Assembly (NCBI GenBank): GCA_964016885.1
Contig: OZ024740.1
Coordinates: 228,904,001-228,968,000 of the forward strand
Reading direction: 5' to 3'
DNA from: Eledone cirrhosa
Taxonomy: Eukaryota
Length of the DNA stretch: 64,000 nt
The translations under genes and the position numbers were made by a program. Under the pieces are notes generated by a model. It saw nothing but the letters and a program-made list of their open reading frames with translations. It was not told the origin of the DNA and searched no databases. Below, piece by piece: positions 12,981-26,496 of the stretch. Position 1 is the stretch's first letter, and every line of letters begins with the position of its first letter.

Positions 12981-13600
12981 TGTAAATTACCCCATTTCTC
13001 CCCGTTTTGGGGCACGTTTTTTCATGGTACTCCCCGTTTGGGTTTTAAGAGGTTGGCAGGTCTGGAACAAATACCGACGCTCTAACGACTTTGCCTACTC
13101 GCCGCCATATAACCAACATATTAGATATGATTCTTTGTTTTTCTTTCTTTTTTAGCCGTCCATCGTTGACAACGATGCCCCTCCTACCATCATTCGGGAG
13201 TAAGTGTGCACAAAGAGGTTGACTTTGCCTTTCATACTTACAGGGTCGAAAGAATAAAGTACCAGTAATGCACTGGGTAATTGCTGGCCTTGTGCCTAAA
13301 GTAGAAACAAATATATAGTTTATAACGTTTGTGTAGTGTTTCTATAGAACGATTGTATTGCTTTCAGTAATCCACTCATCCATCCATGGGATCTTCACTC
13401 AAGATGGAGTCGTAGGGATATTGCTTTTACATATTTTTTTGGCTTTCTTTTTAAACCTGACAGAGCCTATTCCTCTCCGTGTTTGAACAGTGAAATATTT
13501 CCAAGAGATGTCAACATGAATGGACCTGTTAGTTTTATCTAAAGACATGTTTTCCAATTCCACCCGCCCATCCCTTCAAACTATCTTATTTCTCATTCTT

Positions 13601-13636
13601 TCTTCTGATGAAGGACTATCATCCGAAACGTTAAGA
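13601..13636 (+). ncRNA. Minimal hammerhead ribozyme motif (family E)
   Basis: TCTT CTGATGA A GGA ctatca TCC GAA ACGT T AAGA. Confidence 0.75.
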
Positions 13637-13725
13637 CCCTCTTCCTGCTATTTCAAGCGTTAACCTAATATATTCCTTTCATATACTGTACCGATTGTGT
13701 GATAGTGTTGTTATTTCTGTTTACC

Positions 13726-13821
<96 letters not shown>

Positions 13822-14029
13822 CTTATCGTCCCCTACTTTTGCTCTTTACTCTCTTTACTCTTTGTTCTTGAATGTTTGGTTGGTAGAGTCCATAACACCA
13901 ATCAAACCCCTTTTATAGCTCTGACGAATCCTACGGTTACGTAAGGAAGAAACATTGTTAGCCAATAAAAATCTTTTGATGTTGTAGACGCTCTTGTGTT
14001 CTTTTTCATATATATATATATATATATAT

Positions 14030-14162
14030 ATTTAATATAGAAATGGCTTCTACAGGACTAGAACTGTTTCATTCGAAGGAAATCATCAGAAAGGGCTTTC
14101 CTGGTGATTTCCTTCGAATGAAACAGTTCTAGTCCTGTAGAAGCCATTTCTATATTAAATAT
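14030..14162. mobile_element. Fold-back mini-element with degenerate hammerhead-like cores (family G)
   Basis: Near-perfect inverted repeat centred ~14095; minus strand reads CTGATGA TTTCCTTCGAAT GAAACAGTT; relatives at ~28780, 31550, 31710, 60525. Confidence 0.6.
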
Positions 14163-14594
14163 TTATACTCTGCTATGTATTGAGTACTTTACTTACTGTG
14201 GTTGCCCCCGATTGAAACTAGGATACCCCCCCCCCCCCATATATATATAATAAATAGGGAACAAAAAATCAGTATTAAATCACATACATATTTAATGACA
14301 TATCACATATGTTTCACTGCCGATCAGCTCGAGGTACATATGTACTATGTAATTAAATATGTATATGATGCAATACTGATTTGTTGTTCTCAATTTATCA
14401 TTATTGATACTCTGCTCCCCAATAGCATCTAGTACTCATCTTGGGATACCGCCTGTGGACACAATCCAATTGCACCTCTACTGCCGAGAATAAGTAAGTG
14501 ACATAGTCACTACTTTAAAACTCATAGCGAATGGTCTTCTAAATGTTTTTAATTAAACATACAGTATATTGCCAAATATACTATACATTCATTC

Positions 14595-14634
<40 letters not shown>

Positions 14635-15466
14635 ATGTATATGTATATATAGAGAGAGAGTGTGTGTGTGTGTGTATATATATATGTATATGTATATATA
14701 TATAGAGAGAGAGAGAGTGTGTGTGTGTGTGTGTATGTATATGTATATGTATATATATATAGAGAGAGAGAGAGTGGGTGTGTGTGTGTGTGTATGTGTG
14801 TGTGAGAGAGAGGAGGGTAGGTATTTAATAAACCCTAATCCAGGTATGCATGGTTTGTGTAACACTGTAGGTATCAACAAGTTTATTTATCGACCTTGAA
14901 ATGGATGAAAATCCAAGTTGACCTCGGTTGAATTTGCACTCAGAGAGCAGAGAACCGGAACAAATATCTCAGTATTTTATCTGACATTCTAATGACCCTT
15001 CCAATTCACCACCAAAGGCCAGGTGCTGGAGTTAAACTAGGCAGCAGATTAAGACTGCTACCAATGTTGACTACAGTGGTATATGAACTCAGAACGTAAA
15101 AACCTGTGACGAATACAGCAATGAATCTCACCCAATGTTCAAATAATTCCACCAATCTATTGTCCTGGATTGGTACTTTATTTTATCGACCCTGAAAGAA
15201 TGAAAGTCGAAGTTAATATCGGGGGAATTTGAGTGTAGAGGGCCAACATTAAAGCCACAAATGATTTTGTGGGTCATTCTACGGATTCTGAATATTCACC
15301 GTCGATATTCTTCTTAGTTTTTTCTATCCAAATATATGTTACGACCTCGTGGTAGTTTATATTCTAATTGTCGTTGGTCGTTTTTTTTTCTTGTTTTTTT
15401 TTTTTTTTTTTGCTGAATTTCAGTCCTGGTCAAGTTGACCTATCTTCAAAAACCGATTTCTTCAAG

Positions 15467-15558
<92 letters not shown>

Positions 15559-16030
15559 TTGACCCCAGTTCTAAAACAGATCCTTTTTGCATCAACCTCA
15601 AAAGAATGAACTCAGTGATGAATTTGGCAGTATCGGTAGAGCATCGGACAACATGCTTAGTGGCATATAGTTATAACCCTTTACGTCCTGAGTTCAAAAC
15701 CCGCAGGGGTTAGCTTTTTCTTTTCATATTTATGAGGTTGATAAAATAAAATACCAGTAACGCATTACTCCCTACCGTATGTCCCCCTTCAGTTTTTACG
15801 AATTTAGTCTTGTTTTCCCTTCTTTTTCGCTTAATTATAATTAATACTGATTGTTTTTCTTCTCATTTGCAATTTTAATAGTTAAAAAATGAACAACATT
15901 TTAACTGACTGCATTAATTATATTGCCACACACTTAACTATTTTAAGATATCATTACCATACAGCTTATCAAATGCCACCAGACACGAGTGTATGTTTGC
16001 CTTCTTAATACACAGCACCACCCTAATATT

Positions 16031-16090
<60 letters not shown>

Positions 16091-16603
16091 TAGGGAGATA
16101 GAGAGATAGAGAGATAGAGAGATAGAGAATGTGTGTATGTGTGTGTGTGAGAGAGAGAGAGAAATAGAGAGATAGAGAGAATATGTGTATGTGTGTGTGT
16201 GTGAGAGAGAGAAAGAGAGATAGAGAGATAGAATGTGTGTGTGTGTGTGTGTGGGTGTGAATGTGTATGTGTGTGTGAATGTGTGTGTGTGTGTGAATAT
16301 GTGTGTGTGTGTGTGAATGTGTGTGTGTATGTGTGAGTGTGTGTGTGTGGGTGTGTGTATGTGTGGGTGTGAATGTGTGTGTGAATGGGTGTGTGTGTGT
16401 AAATGTGTGTGTGTGAATGCGTGAATGTGTGTGTGTGTGTGAATGTGTGTGTGTGTGTGTGTGTGAATGTGTGTGTGTGTGCGTGTGTGTGTGAATGTGT
16501 GTGTGTGCGTGTGTGTGAATGTGTGTGTGTGTGTGTGAATGTGAGTGGGTGTGTGTGTGAATGTGTGTGTGTGTGTGTGTATGTGAGTGGGTGTGTGTGT
16601 GAA

Positions 16604-16637
<34 letters not shown>

Positions 16638-16647
16638 GCAGTCACTC

Positions 16648-16810
16648 ATAACAGGAGGCGCAAGCTCTCCTATCCCAATGTCATCTCCAGAGATTCTGGT
16701 ATTGAAATTCAGGACTTGGCAACGGCAATGAACGACAGACCCACGTGGAGATCAATTGTTGAGTCCATTTCTTCGGCTGAGGCTGCCGGATGATGATGAT
16801 GATGATGATG

Positions 16811-16812
<2 letters not shown>
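16648..16812 (+). mobile_element. 3' end of an RTE-clade LINE with (GAT)n tail
   Basis: Translates LSYPNVISRDSGIEIQDLATAMNDRPTWRSIV*, resembling the RTE C-terminal AM.DR..WR motif, followed by (GAT)n. Confidence 0.7.
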
Positions 16813-16890
<78 letters not shown>

Positions 16891-17515
16891 GAGTGTTTTC
16901 TATAAATAGAGTGTTTTGTTCGTGAAATAAAATTAAAATATCTTGTTCAAGGATACGACACGTTTCTTTGTCTGTGAATCGAACTCACGACTTTATGATA
17001 CTGTGGTCAGCTCCCTAACCACTAAGCCACCCGTATATAAAAACACCACACTGGTACTTTATCAACTCCGAACGGGAAATAGAACAGCGTCTGCTGATAA
17101 TGTGTTTGTAAAGATGTTTGTTTGTGTTCTTTGAGGTCGTCAAGTATGAAATTTGTAGAAATTTGTAAAAACAAAAACAAATGTCTACAAATTTCATACT
17201 TGACGACACAATATTAATAAAGTGTGTTATCCTTGAAGTAAAATATCTAGCTTAATGATACAACACGTCTCTTCTCTAGGAATCGAACTCACGATTTTAC
17301 GATCTTTAGATCAGCAGCCTAACCACTAGGCCACCCGTATATAAAACACCAAACTGGTACTATTTATCGACCTCAAATGGACAAAAAAAAGACAAAACAA
17401 AGTCGACCTCAGTAACATTGTAACTCTCAGTACAGAGTAAAAACAGGTAACACAAGATTCTACTCGACGCTCCACCGACTTTGTCAATTCGCCACTGTCG
17501 TATATTATATATTAT

Positions 17516-17545
17516 ACTAGCAGAATGGCGCCGCGTTGCTCGGGA
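17516..17545 (+). mobile_element. Possible Helitron/Helentron-type terminus
   Basis: TACTAGCAGAATGGCGCCGCGTTGCTCGGG resembles the ACTAG...CGGCGTTGCCCGGG terminal motif; no partner end found. Confidence 0.35.
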
Positions 17546-17660
17546 TTTTCTCCAGGGTTCTTATATATTTGATATATATTTATCCTTATCGAGCCTCGTG
17601 AAGTAAATACGTTTGTTTATATTTTGTTATTGTGTATGCAAAAATATCTACACGAATATA

Positions 17661-17734
<74 letters not shown>

Positions 17735-17864
17735 AAAGAGTAGGACCCCGACGGCTGAGCTCAAGCCGTTTCGACGGCTAATTCTGGACAGAATTAGCCG
17801 TCGAAACGGTATTGAGTACTTTGGTGCGATATGGTCTTCCTGGTTCCTTACCACATTTCCTTCG

Positions 17865-17912
<48 letters not shown>

Positions 17913-19171
17913 AATTAGAAATAGAAGCCAGGACTATCCATCATCAGCGGTCTACTAGCCATCGTAGGTATTTCTTTGCATTACAGACCATATACCTCCG
18001 GCTGCCTTTTGCCTTCTCGTCAATATTCGCAAGTTCTTATGTTCCAAATGAATCATTGACTTGATTTTCTCATTTTTTCCTCTCTTTACGTTGTCTCACC
18101 TTTCGTGTTTGTTTACCTGTCTTTCCACCCAACTCTTTTTATCCCAATAACTTAATTTAGTTATCGTATTGCCCTAGCCGGAGGTATATGTCTGTAATGC
18201 GAAGAAATACCTATGATGGTTAGTAGACAACTGATGATGGATAGTCTTGGCTTCTATTTCTAATTTTTTATTATATATATCATAATGCAACAACACAGCT
18301 CGCCATTTTTCATTTATATATATATACATATACATATATATATATATATTGAAATAACAGATTAAAGTTTAAGCAAAGAATCGCTGCTTTCACCCTTAAC
18401 GGGATCTTCTGAAACTAAAAAAATCAATCTGACAGAGACATTCTCTGTTTTAGATATATAGATATTCATTATAATTTTTATCCTGCTATATGGTGTCTCG
18501 ACATTGTCAAAGAAAAACTCGAAAGTTGCCTTTTCTCTTCAGACTAAACATTAAAAAGATGTACGTGTGTGTATGTGTGTGTGCGTAGATGCGTGTGTAT
18601 GTCTGTGTGTATGTGTGCATGTGTGTGTTTATGTGTGTTTGAGTCTGTGTGTGTGAGAGTGCGTGTGTGTGTATGTGTGTACGTGCGTGTATGTATATGT
18701 GTGTATGCATGTGTGTGTGTGTGTACGTGCGTGTGTGTATATGTGTGTATGCAGGTGTGTGTGTGTGTGCGGATGTACGTGCATGCATGTATGCGTCTGT
18801 GAGTGTGTGCCTGTGTGCGTGAATGTGTGTATATATTTGTGTGTGTGTGTGTGTGTGCGTAATTGTGTGTGTGTATATATGTGTGTATGTCTGTATGTGT
18901 GCGGATGTGCATGCGTATGTGTGTACGTGTATGAGTGTGTGGGATTGTGTGTGTATCTTTGTGCGTGTGTATGTATGTGTGTGTAATTGTGTGTGTATTT
19001 GTGTGTCTGTGTGGTGTTTAAAGTTATTACTTCAAAGAATTCAGTTGAAAGATTTTCTATTTGAAAGAAACCTCTTCAAACATATTCGTTATGTCAGCTT
19101 TGTAATGTCTGGTTTAGCTGATTAAAAAATATTAGGGAAGTGGCATTTTTCTCCATTTTATATCAATAATA

Positions 19172-19330
19172 AGGCGGCGAATTAACAGAGCCGTTAGAGC
19201 GTCAGATAGAATGCCTTGCGGTATTCATTTCGACTCTCTGCTCTCTGAGTTCAAATCCCGCTGAGCTCAAGTATGCTTTTCATTCATTCAAGGTCGATAA
19301 ATAAAGTACCAGTTTAGTACTGGGGTCGAT
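19172..19330 (+). mobile_element. tRNA-derived SINE
   Basis: GAGTTCAAATCCCG B-box and AAGGTCGATAAATAAAGTACCAG...CTGGGGTCGAT tail. Confidence 0.8.
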
Positions 19331-20429
19331 TCTTTCTCTGTGTCTCTTTCTCACTTCCATTCTCTCACTCTCCATCCTTCCCTAGAAGAAATCTGCTGTG
19401 TTCAGACCTGGAAAGGAGATGAGCTCTGTCAGGTTTAAAAAATGCCCTAGAAATGCTGTATGTCAATACGGCACTCCTACGACTCCCTCACAAGTTACAT
19501 GTCCATGCATATCAATAATCTTAGAAGAACATGTGTAGTATGTTGTGCGGCGGACCTCTATCGATTTCGACGAAAAGTGATCCAGTTATTTCATCGACCA
19601 AGAGAAAATTAGGCAGCTCGTGTAATTATTGTGGCTGAATTGTTAGAAAATTAGATTCGCAATCGTGAGGTTGCGATTTCCTGACCGAGCAATGCATTAT
19701 GTACTTGAGCAACCAAGACACTTTATTTCAGGCTGCTCTTTCTGCGAGGTAGATAGAATCAGCAATAGAAAGACCAATGGAAACATTGTTTATTTGGTCC
19801 GATTTGATAAAATACTCTACTTATGATTTTCAATTAATTTCGAAAATAATCAAGAATGTGGATAACTTTCTCGTTATTTAGCTGGTGTTTAGAGCATAAC
19901 TTAACAAACATTCTTTCATGAAAAATAATAATGGAAAATTTTAGATAAAATAAACATTTTCGTGTCATTGACCAAGGGCAGTTTCAGGATTTCTGGTATC
20001 AAAAGGAAAAGGAAATGACAAGTCTGTTACTATTTTTAGAATCAGTAAAATAATTTTGACCAAATTTCTGAAGTACTCAATTGTCAAATTACCAAAGAAA
20101 ACGATTTAGTCTGTATTATCAACTACCTTTTTTGGTATTCTTACACACAGTGGAGTCATATCTAAGTTTTCCCTTCTCTATTTATAAATACATTCCCATC
20201 CCAAATGTATTCATTCAAGTGCTGTCGACCCGGTTAGCTATGTCAGTTTATTTCAGTGATGTATCTGGCAGAAATCTAGAAAAACTTCCGTTTTTCACAT
20301 ACAACTTTCTTTAATAACAAACTTATTATGAGGATCGGATAACAAGAAAGGTGTTTAATTATAGAAACAACCGCACATTACTCACCTTCGTAGAAATCAA
20401 CCTTACCACTTCCATTTTAAATGAGGTGC

Positions 20430-20600
20430 TGCCGGCATGGCTGTGTGATTTGGTTAAGGAGTTCGCTTCGCAACCACGTGGTTCTGGATTCAGTCACGCT
20501 ACGCGGCATCTTGGTCAGGTATCTTCTACTTCGTACAATCTCAGGTTGACCCATGCCTTATGAGAGGGATTTGGTAGGCGGAAACTGCTGAGGTTCGCCA
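20430..20600 (+). mobile_element. Second tRNA-derived SINE family
   Basis: GGCATGGCTGTGTG..GGTTAAGGAGTTCGCTTCGCAACCAC..GGTAGGCGGAAACTG; related copies at ~3435-3570, 16900-17035 (-), 20800-21010 (-), 21530-21780, 31410-31530. Confidence 0.7.
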
Positions 20601-21060
20601 CGTGTAGTCTACAGTTTTAGGTATTCTTAAACACGCTAGAGTCACATATAAATTCCTTCACCGCATTTTAAAAATATCTTCCCATCCCAGATGTATTTAT
20701 TCAAATGCCGTCGACCCTGTTAACAATGTCAATTTATTTCAGTGATGTATCTGCTAAAAATCTAGAACACTTCCATTTTTCACTTAAAACACAAACACGT
20801 GTATCTCTTTAACGTAATTCTCAGGGAGATTCATCGTGCACCAAATATTGCCTTTAAATTACAGACACAATTCATTTTTATTTTATTTCCTGAATGGATT
20901 GAAGCAACATGAAATAGAATTACTTGCTCAAGGACACAACGCGCCACCAGGAATCGAACTCACGAACTTACGATCTTGAACTAAACATCATAACCACTGA
21001 TCCACGTGACTTCACAAACGACACACTACACACACACACACAAACACACAAACATATACG

Positions 21061-21110
<50 letters not shown>

Positions 21111-21151
21111 TTCACCCACACTACACTACACACACATACCCAGACACTACA

Positions 21152-21198
<47 letters not shown>

Positions 21199-23469
21199 CA
21201 CACACACATTCACCCACACTACACTACACACACATACCCAGACACTACACCACACATACACTACTCCACACACACTACACCCACACCCAAGTGCATTCAC
21301 ACAACTCTACATCCACACTACACCACGTACATACTACTCCCACAGCCACACACACACATACACATAGTACACTACACCCACTTCATCCGTCGTCCGGTGT
21401 AACGACACCATCTGGCCCTCAAGTGTTTTTAGTAATGTTCGCTTTGTTGCAAGCATTCGGAACAGATGTCCTTTTAAAATGATAACTACTTCCTTCCTTC
21501 CTTCCTTCCTTCCTTCACACCAGTGGATGCAACATGACCCAATAATTAAGAGATTCGTCTTGCAATCATCGGGTCTCGAGTTCGATCTCGCTGCGTGACA
21601 TCTTGGACAAGTTTTATTTACCATACCTTTTGAGTGTAGGCAGAAACTGTTTGGAAGCCGGTCAAATGGACTACCACTGTAATTCAACACACACAGTCAT
21701 TTATTGTGTCACGCTGAATCACCATGAGAATTACGTTAAGGGTACACGTGTCTGTCGAATGCTCAGCCACTTACACGTTGATCGTATAAGTAACTGGAAA
21801 ACACATCGTCAAAACCGACGGAGATCCATTCTACCTCCCACTAATCTTTGGGTAGCTTTGGATTAACCTTTAAGCAAATTAAGTTCTTGCTTAGGGCCTC
21901 AATAAACACCCTATAGAGTATTTTTCAGTGCAGTATATGGGAGTTGTTTTCGTATGCAGTATATAGGCGCACGGGAATCTATTTCGGTGCTTAGAACCTG
22001 TAAATGTCTTGGTGTGGCTTTGCCTTGTAAAGTCAGCCAAGTAACGTTCCTTTCTTAGGATAATTTCCTCTTTTCCTGTCTTCCACCCACTAGATTCGGA
22101 GGCGACTCTAACAAGTCAGAGACATTGCCCTTTCTTCTCTGACTTATATTTTCCCAGTTTCGAGAATACATTATTTATGAATGATAAAAAGAATGAAAAT
22201 AAAAATAAGAGGGAGAGAGACAGATAGAGAGGGGGGGGGGGGGGGGGAGAAAAGAGGAAGTGAGGAAAAGCAAACTCTACACTCTTGGTTAAAAGATATA
22301 TCGAAACAGCGCCTCGCGGGTAAGATGGCAAAAGTGGTTGGTGTGAACAACCAACGATATCCTCGGGTGTGGTACTATAATTCTGGTTTGGCAAAAGGAA
22401 ACGGCAGTCCGAGGGCCGGGGATAATGGTGACCACCACTAAAAGGAATCTGTCAACGCCTGCTCAGAATAAACCAGGAAATAAATAAACAAACAAATAAA
22501 TAAAGGAATAAATAAATAAATAAAATCAATGGGCTGGCTAATATTCATTCATAGCTCAGGGGATTTTGTGTATGTTTTCTTTTTTATTCTGCAGCATTTA
22601 AAGTCAGGTCTCCCTGTTCGCCGTTTAAGAGGTATTTAACGAGCAACAGTTGGTTGTTTCGTATAAAAGTCAGTCAAATATTTACAGTTTAATGAGCTTT
22701 CATTGCGTTAACTGTGAAAAGGATTAACACTAAGTGTTTCTGTATCATCTTATGTTTTTTTTTTTCTTTGTCAAAGAAAGCAATAAAATAAAACGGTTCT
22801 TAATATCATGAGATTTAACATATTTATTTATTATTAAAGAGGTGTATGGTTTTGACAGCAATTATTTACATAATATTTTCCTGAGCCCAAGCATGTATTT
22901 AAATATGTGTATCTGTCTGTGAATGTGTTACGCATATTATGTCTATACGAGAGTGTACGTCTTTGTATGCCTGCGTGTGTAAGATGTCTGACTTGACTGA
23001 CTGTCAGTACATCTGTATGGATGGGACCAGTTTGTTGTTCGTGTCTGTGTGAGTATTTATTTTCAGACTCAATGCAAACACATAAATATTTATCCTCTTG
23101 ACAACTGATACAATTAGGTAGAAAATCTTAAGCAGATTTCAGAAGCGAGTCGACCTTGTAAGGAATGTATGAGTCTTATCGTCTGCTAACTGTCTTTACG
23201 CTCCTTCAGCCTTTCTATTCCTTTCTCTCAATATTTCCCCCTCTCTTCTCCCGTTTCTCACAATCTTTCATTCTCTCCTCTTTATCTAACATTTTTTCCT
23301 CTCATTCCCCTTCTTTTTTCCATGTCTCACAGTTTCACTTATACAAATCTTCCCCCCCCCCATAACCTATTTTCTCTATTTGTACTTTTTCCTTCTTTGA
23401 CCTGTTTTCTTCCTTTTCCCAGCTTGAATCCTTTTGACCTCATCATTTATTTTCTCTTTTATTCTTTCA

Positions 23470-23539
<70 letters not shown>

Positions 23540-23895
23540 GTATCTATCTCATCCCCCACCACCTCTTTCGCCTCTAATAATCTCCTCCTATAGTACACCA
23601 ACCACTTCTCCAGCCTGCTCTTCTCCCACCCCTTCTCTGTCTGTTTCTTTTCTTATACTTCCCCCTTCTTTCTCAGTCTCACACACACTCTCTCTCTGTC
23701 TATTACCTATCTCTCCCACCACCACTTCCAGCCAGTTTAGACAGCTAAGTTTACCAGCCAAGCTTAACAGAAAAGCAGGTTCAGACACGCCACTTATAAA
23801 TCAGGTAGGTAGTGGTTTCGGGGCTCACTAAATAGCTATATATATATATAAAATAAACACACACACACACATATACATATATATATATAAAATAA

Positions 23896-23937
<42 letters not shown>

Positions 23938-24038
23938 CATATACATGTTATATATATATAACATAAATATATATATATATATATATGTTATATATATATA
24001 TGTTATATATATATAACATGTATATGTTATATATATAT

Positions 24039-24070
<32 letters not shown>

Positions 24071-24205
24071 CGTATATAACATATATATATATGTGTTTAT
24101 ACATAAATATATGTGTGTGTGTACATATATATTTATATATGTACACACACACACACATATATGTGTGTATATATGTATATATAAGAATGTGTATATATAT
24201 ATATT

Positions 24206-24248
<43 letters not shown>

Positions 24249-24503
24249 TGTGTGTGTATATATATATATGTTATATATATATAACATGTATATATATATA
24301 TATATGTGTGTGTGTTTATACATAAATATATATATATGTGTGTACATATATATTTATATATGTACACACACACAAATATGTGTGTATATATATGTATATA
24401 TATGAATGAGTGTATATATATATATGAATGTATATATATATGAATGTGTATATATATATATATGAATGTGTATATATATATATATGTGTATATATATATA
24501 TGA

Positions 24504-24536
<33 letters not shown>

Positions 24537-24660
24537 AATGTATATATATATATATATGAATGTATATATATATATATATATATTTATATGAATGTGTATA
24601 TATATGTATATATGAATGTATATATATATATATATATATGAATGTGTATATATGTGTATA

Positions 24661-24727
<67 letters not shown>

Positions 24728-24763
24728 CATACATATATATATACATATATATAATTCTTGATA

Positions 24764-24842
<79 letters not shown>

Positions 24843-24960
24843 CAAGAATTATGTAGCTATGATTCGTCTTTTGTTCAGCTGGCGGCCTAACACGGAAATA
24901 TAAACTACTTCTTCCCTCGTCAGCCTTCTATGGTTTTCTACTGTTCTCGGGCTATTTTTA

Positions 24961-25228
24961 ATTACTACTACTGCTACTGCTACTATTACTACTGCTACTG
25001 CTGCTGCTACTACTACTACTACTACTACTACTGCTACTACTACTATTACTACTGCTACTGCTGCTGCTACTACTACTACTACTACTACTATTACTACTGC
25101 TACTGCTGCTGCTACTACTACTACTACTGCTACTACTACTACTACTACTGCTGCTGCTACTACTACTACTACTACTACCACTGCTGCTGCTGCTACTACT
25201 ACTACTACTGTGGCTACTGCTGCTGATG

Positions 25229-25278
<50 letters not shown>

Positions 25279-25302
25279 GCTGCTGCTGCTCTGCTGCTGC
25301 TG

Positions 25303-25337
<35 letters not shown>

Positions 25338-25379
25338 GCTGCTACAACAACAACTACTACTACTACTACTACTACAATA

Positions 25380-25429
<50 letters not shown>

Positions 25430-25754
25430 AACAATAACTACTACTACTACTACTACTACTACTGCTGCTGCTGTTGCTACTGCTGCTCCACTGCTGCTGC
25501 TGCTGTTGTTGTTGTTACTGCTACTGCTGCTATTTTTATTTACTACTCTTTCTAGTGCTGCTGCTATTGCTGCTGATACTACTATTGCTGCTTTTGCTAC
25601 TGTTGCTATCCATTTATGCTGCTGCTGCTATTGCTATTGTTGTTGTTGTTGTTGTTTTTCGACATGACAGATGTGTTACTATTCTGAGAGCTGGGAGGGG
25701 GCCGGCTGCCCTAGAAATAGGTAAGCAGCTGTTTAAAAAAGGTCTATGTACCAA

Positions 25755-25806
<52 letters not shown>

Positions 25807-25895
25807 CGTAGTAGTAACGATGGTGGTGGTGTTAGTAGTAGAGGTCGTGGTGGTGGTAGTAATTGTAGTAGTAGTAGTAGAGGTGGAGGTTGTGT

Positions 25896-25945
<50 letters not shown>

Positions 25946-26010
25946 ATAGTAGTAGCAATAGCAGTAGTAGTAGCAGCAGTAGTAGTAGTAGTAGTAGTAG
26001 TAGTAGAGGG
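24961..26010. repeat. (TAC/TGC)n and (GTA)n trinucleotide arrays in opposite orientations
   Basis: Directly visible. Confidence 0.9.
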
Positions 26011-26188
26011 TGTTATTGCTGTTGTTGCTTAGCTCCAGGTTAGCAATAATTGAACAAATCTATGATCAAATGTGTTCCAACCATTGCAACAATGTCTTTC
26101 CCTTGAACTACAATATCTAATGTGACCATCTCTTTTTCAAGAAGCTACAGTCAAGTCAAGTTAACGCACAGAGGCTTTCTCTTTGGAC

Positions 26189-26496
26189 TGGTCTCCGTCG
26201 AGACTTCTGGCGTCCTTGGTCTCCGTCGAGACTTCTGGCGTCCTTGGTCTCCGTCGAGACTTCTGGCGTCCTTGGTCTCCGTCGAGACTTCTGGTGTCCT
26301 TGGTCTCCGTCGAGACTTCTGGCGTCCTTGGTTTCCGTCGAGACTTCTGGTGTCCTTGGTTTCCGTCGAGACTTCTGGTGTCCTTGGTTTCCGTCGAGAC
26401 TTCTGGTGTCCTTGGTTTCCGTCGAGACTTCTGGCGTCTTTGGTCTCCGTCGTGACTTCTGGTGTCCTTGGTCTCCGTCGAGGCTTTTGGCGTCCT
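26189..26496 (+). repeat. 28-bp minisatellite, 11 copies
   Basis: Unit TGGTCTCCGTCGAGACTTCTGGYGTCCT repeated head-to-tail with no spacers. Confidence 0.95.

Noticed and set aside
18195-18255. GAAA...CTGATGA arrangement as a permuted hammerhead
   Set aside because: I could not form convincing stems I-III in either arm of the fold-back
26189-26496. CRISPR-like 28-bp palindromic repeats
   Set aside because: No unique spacers, no cas genes, eukaryotic context
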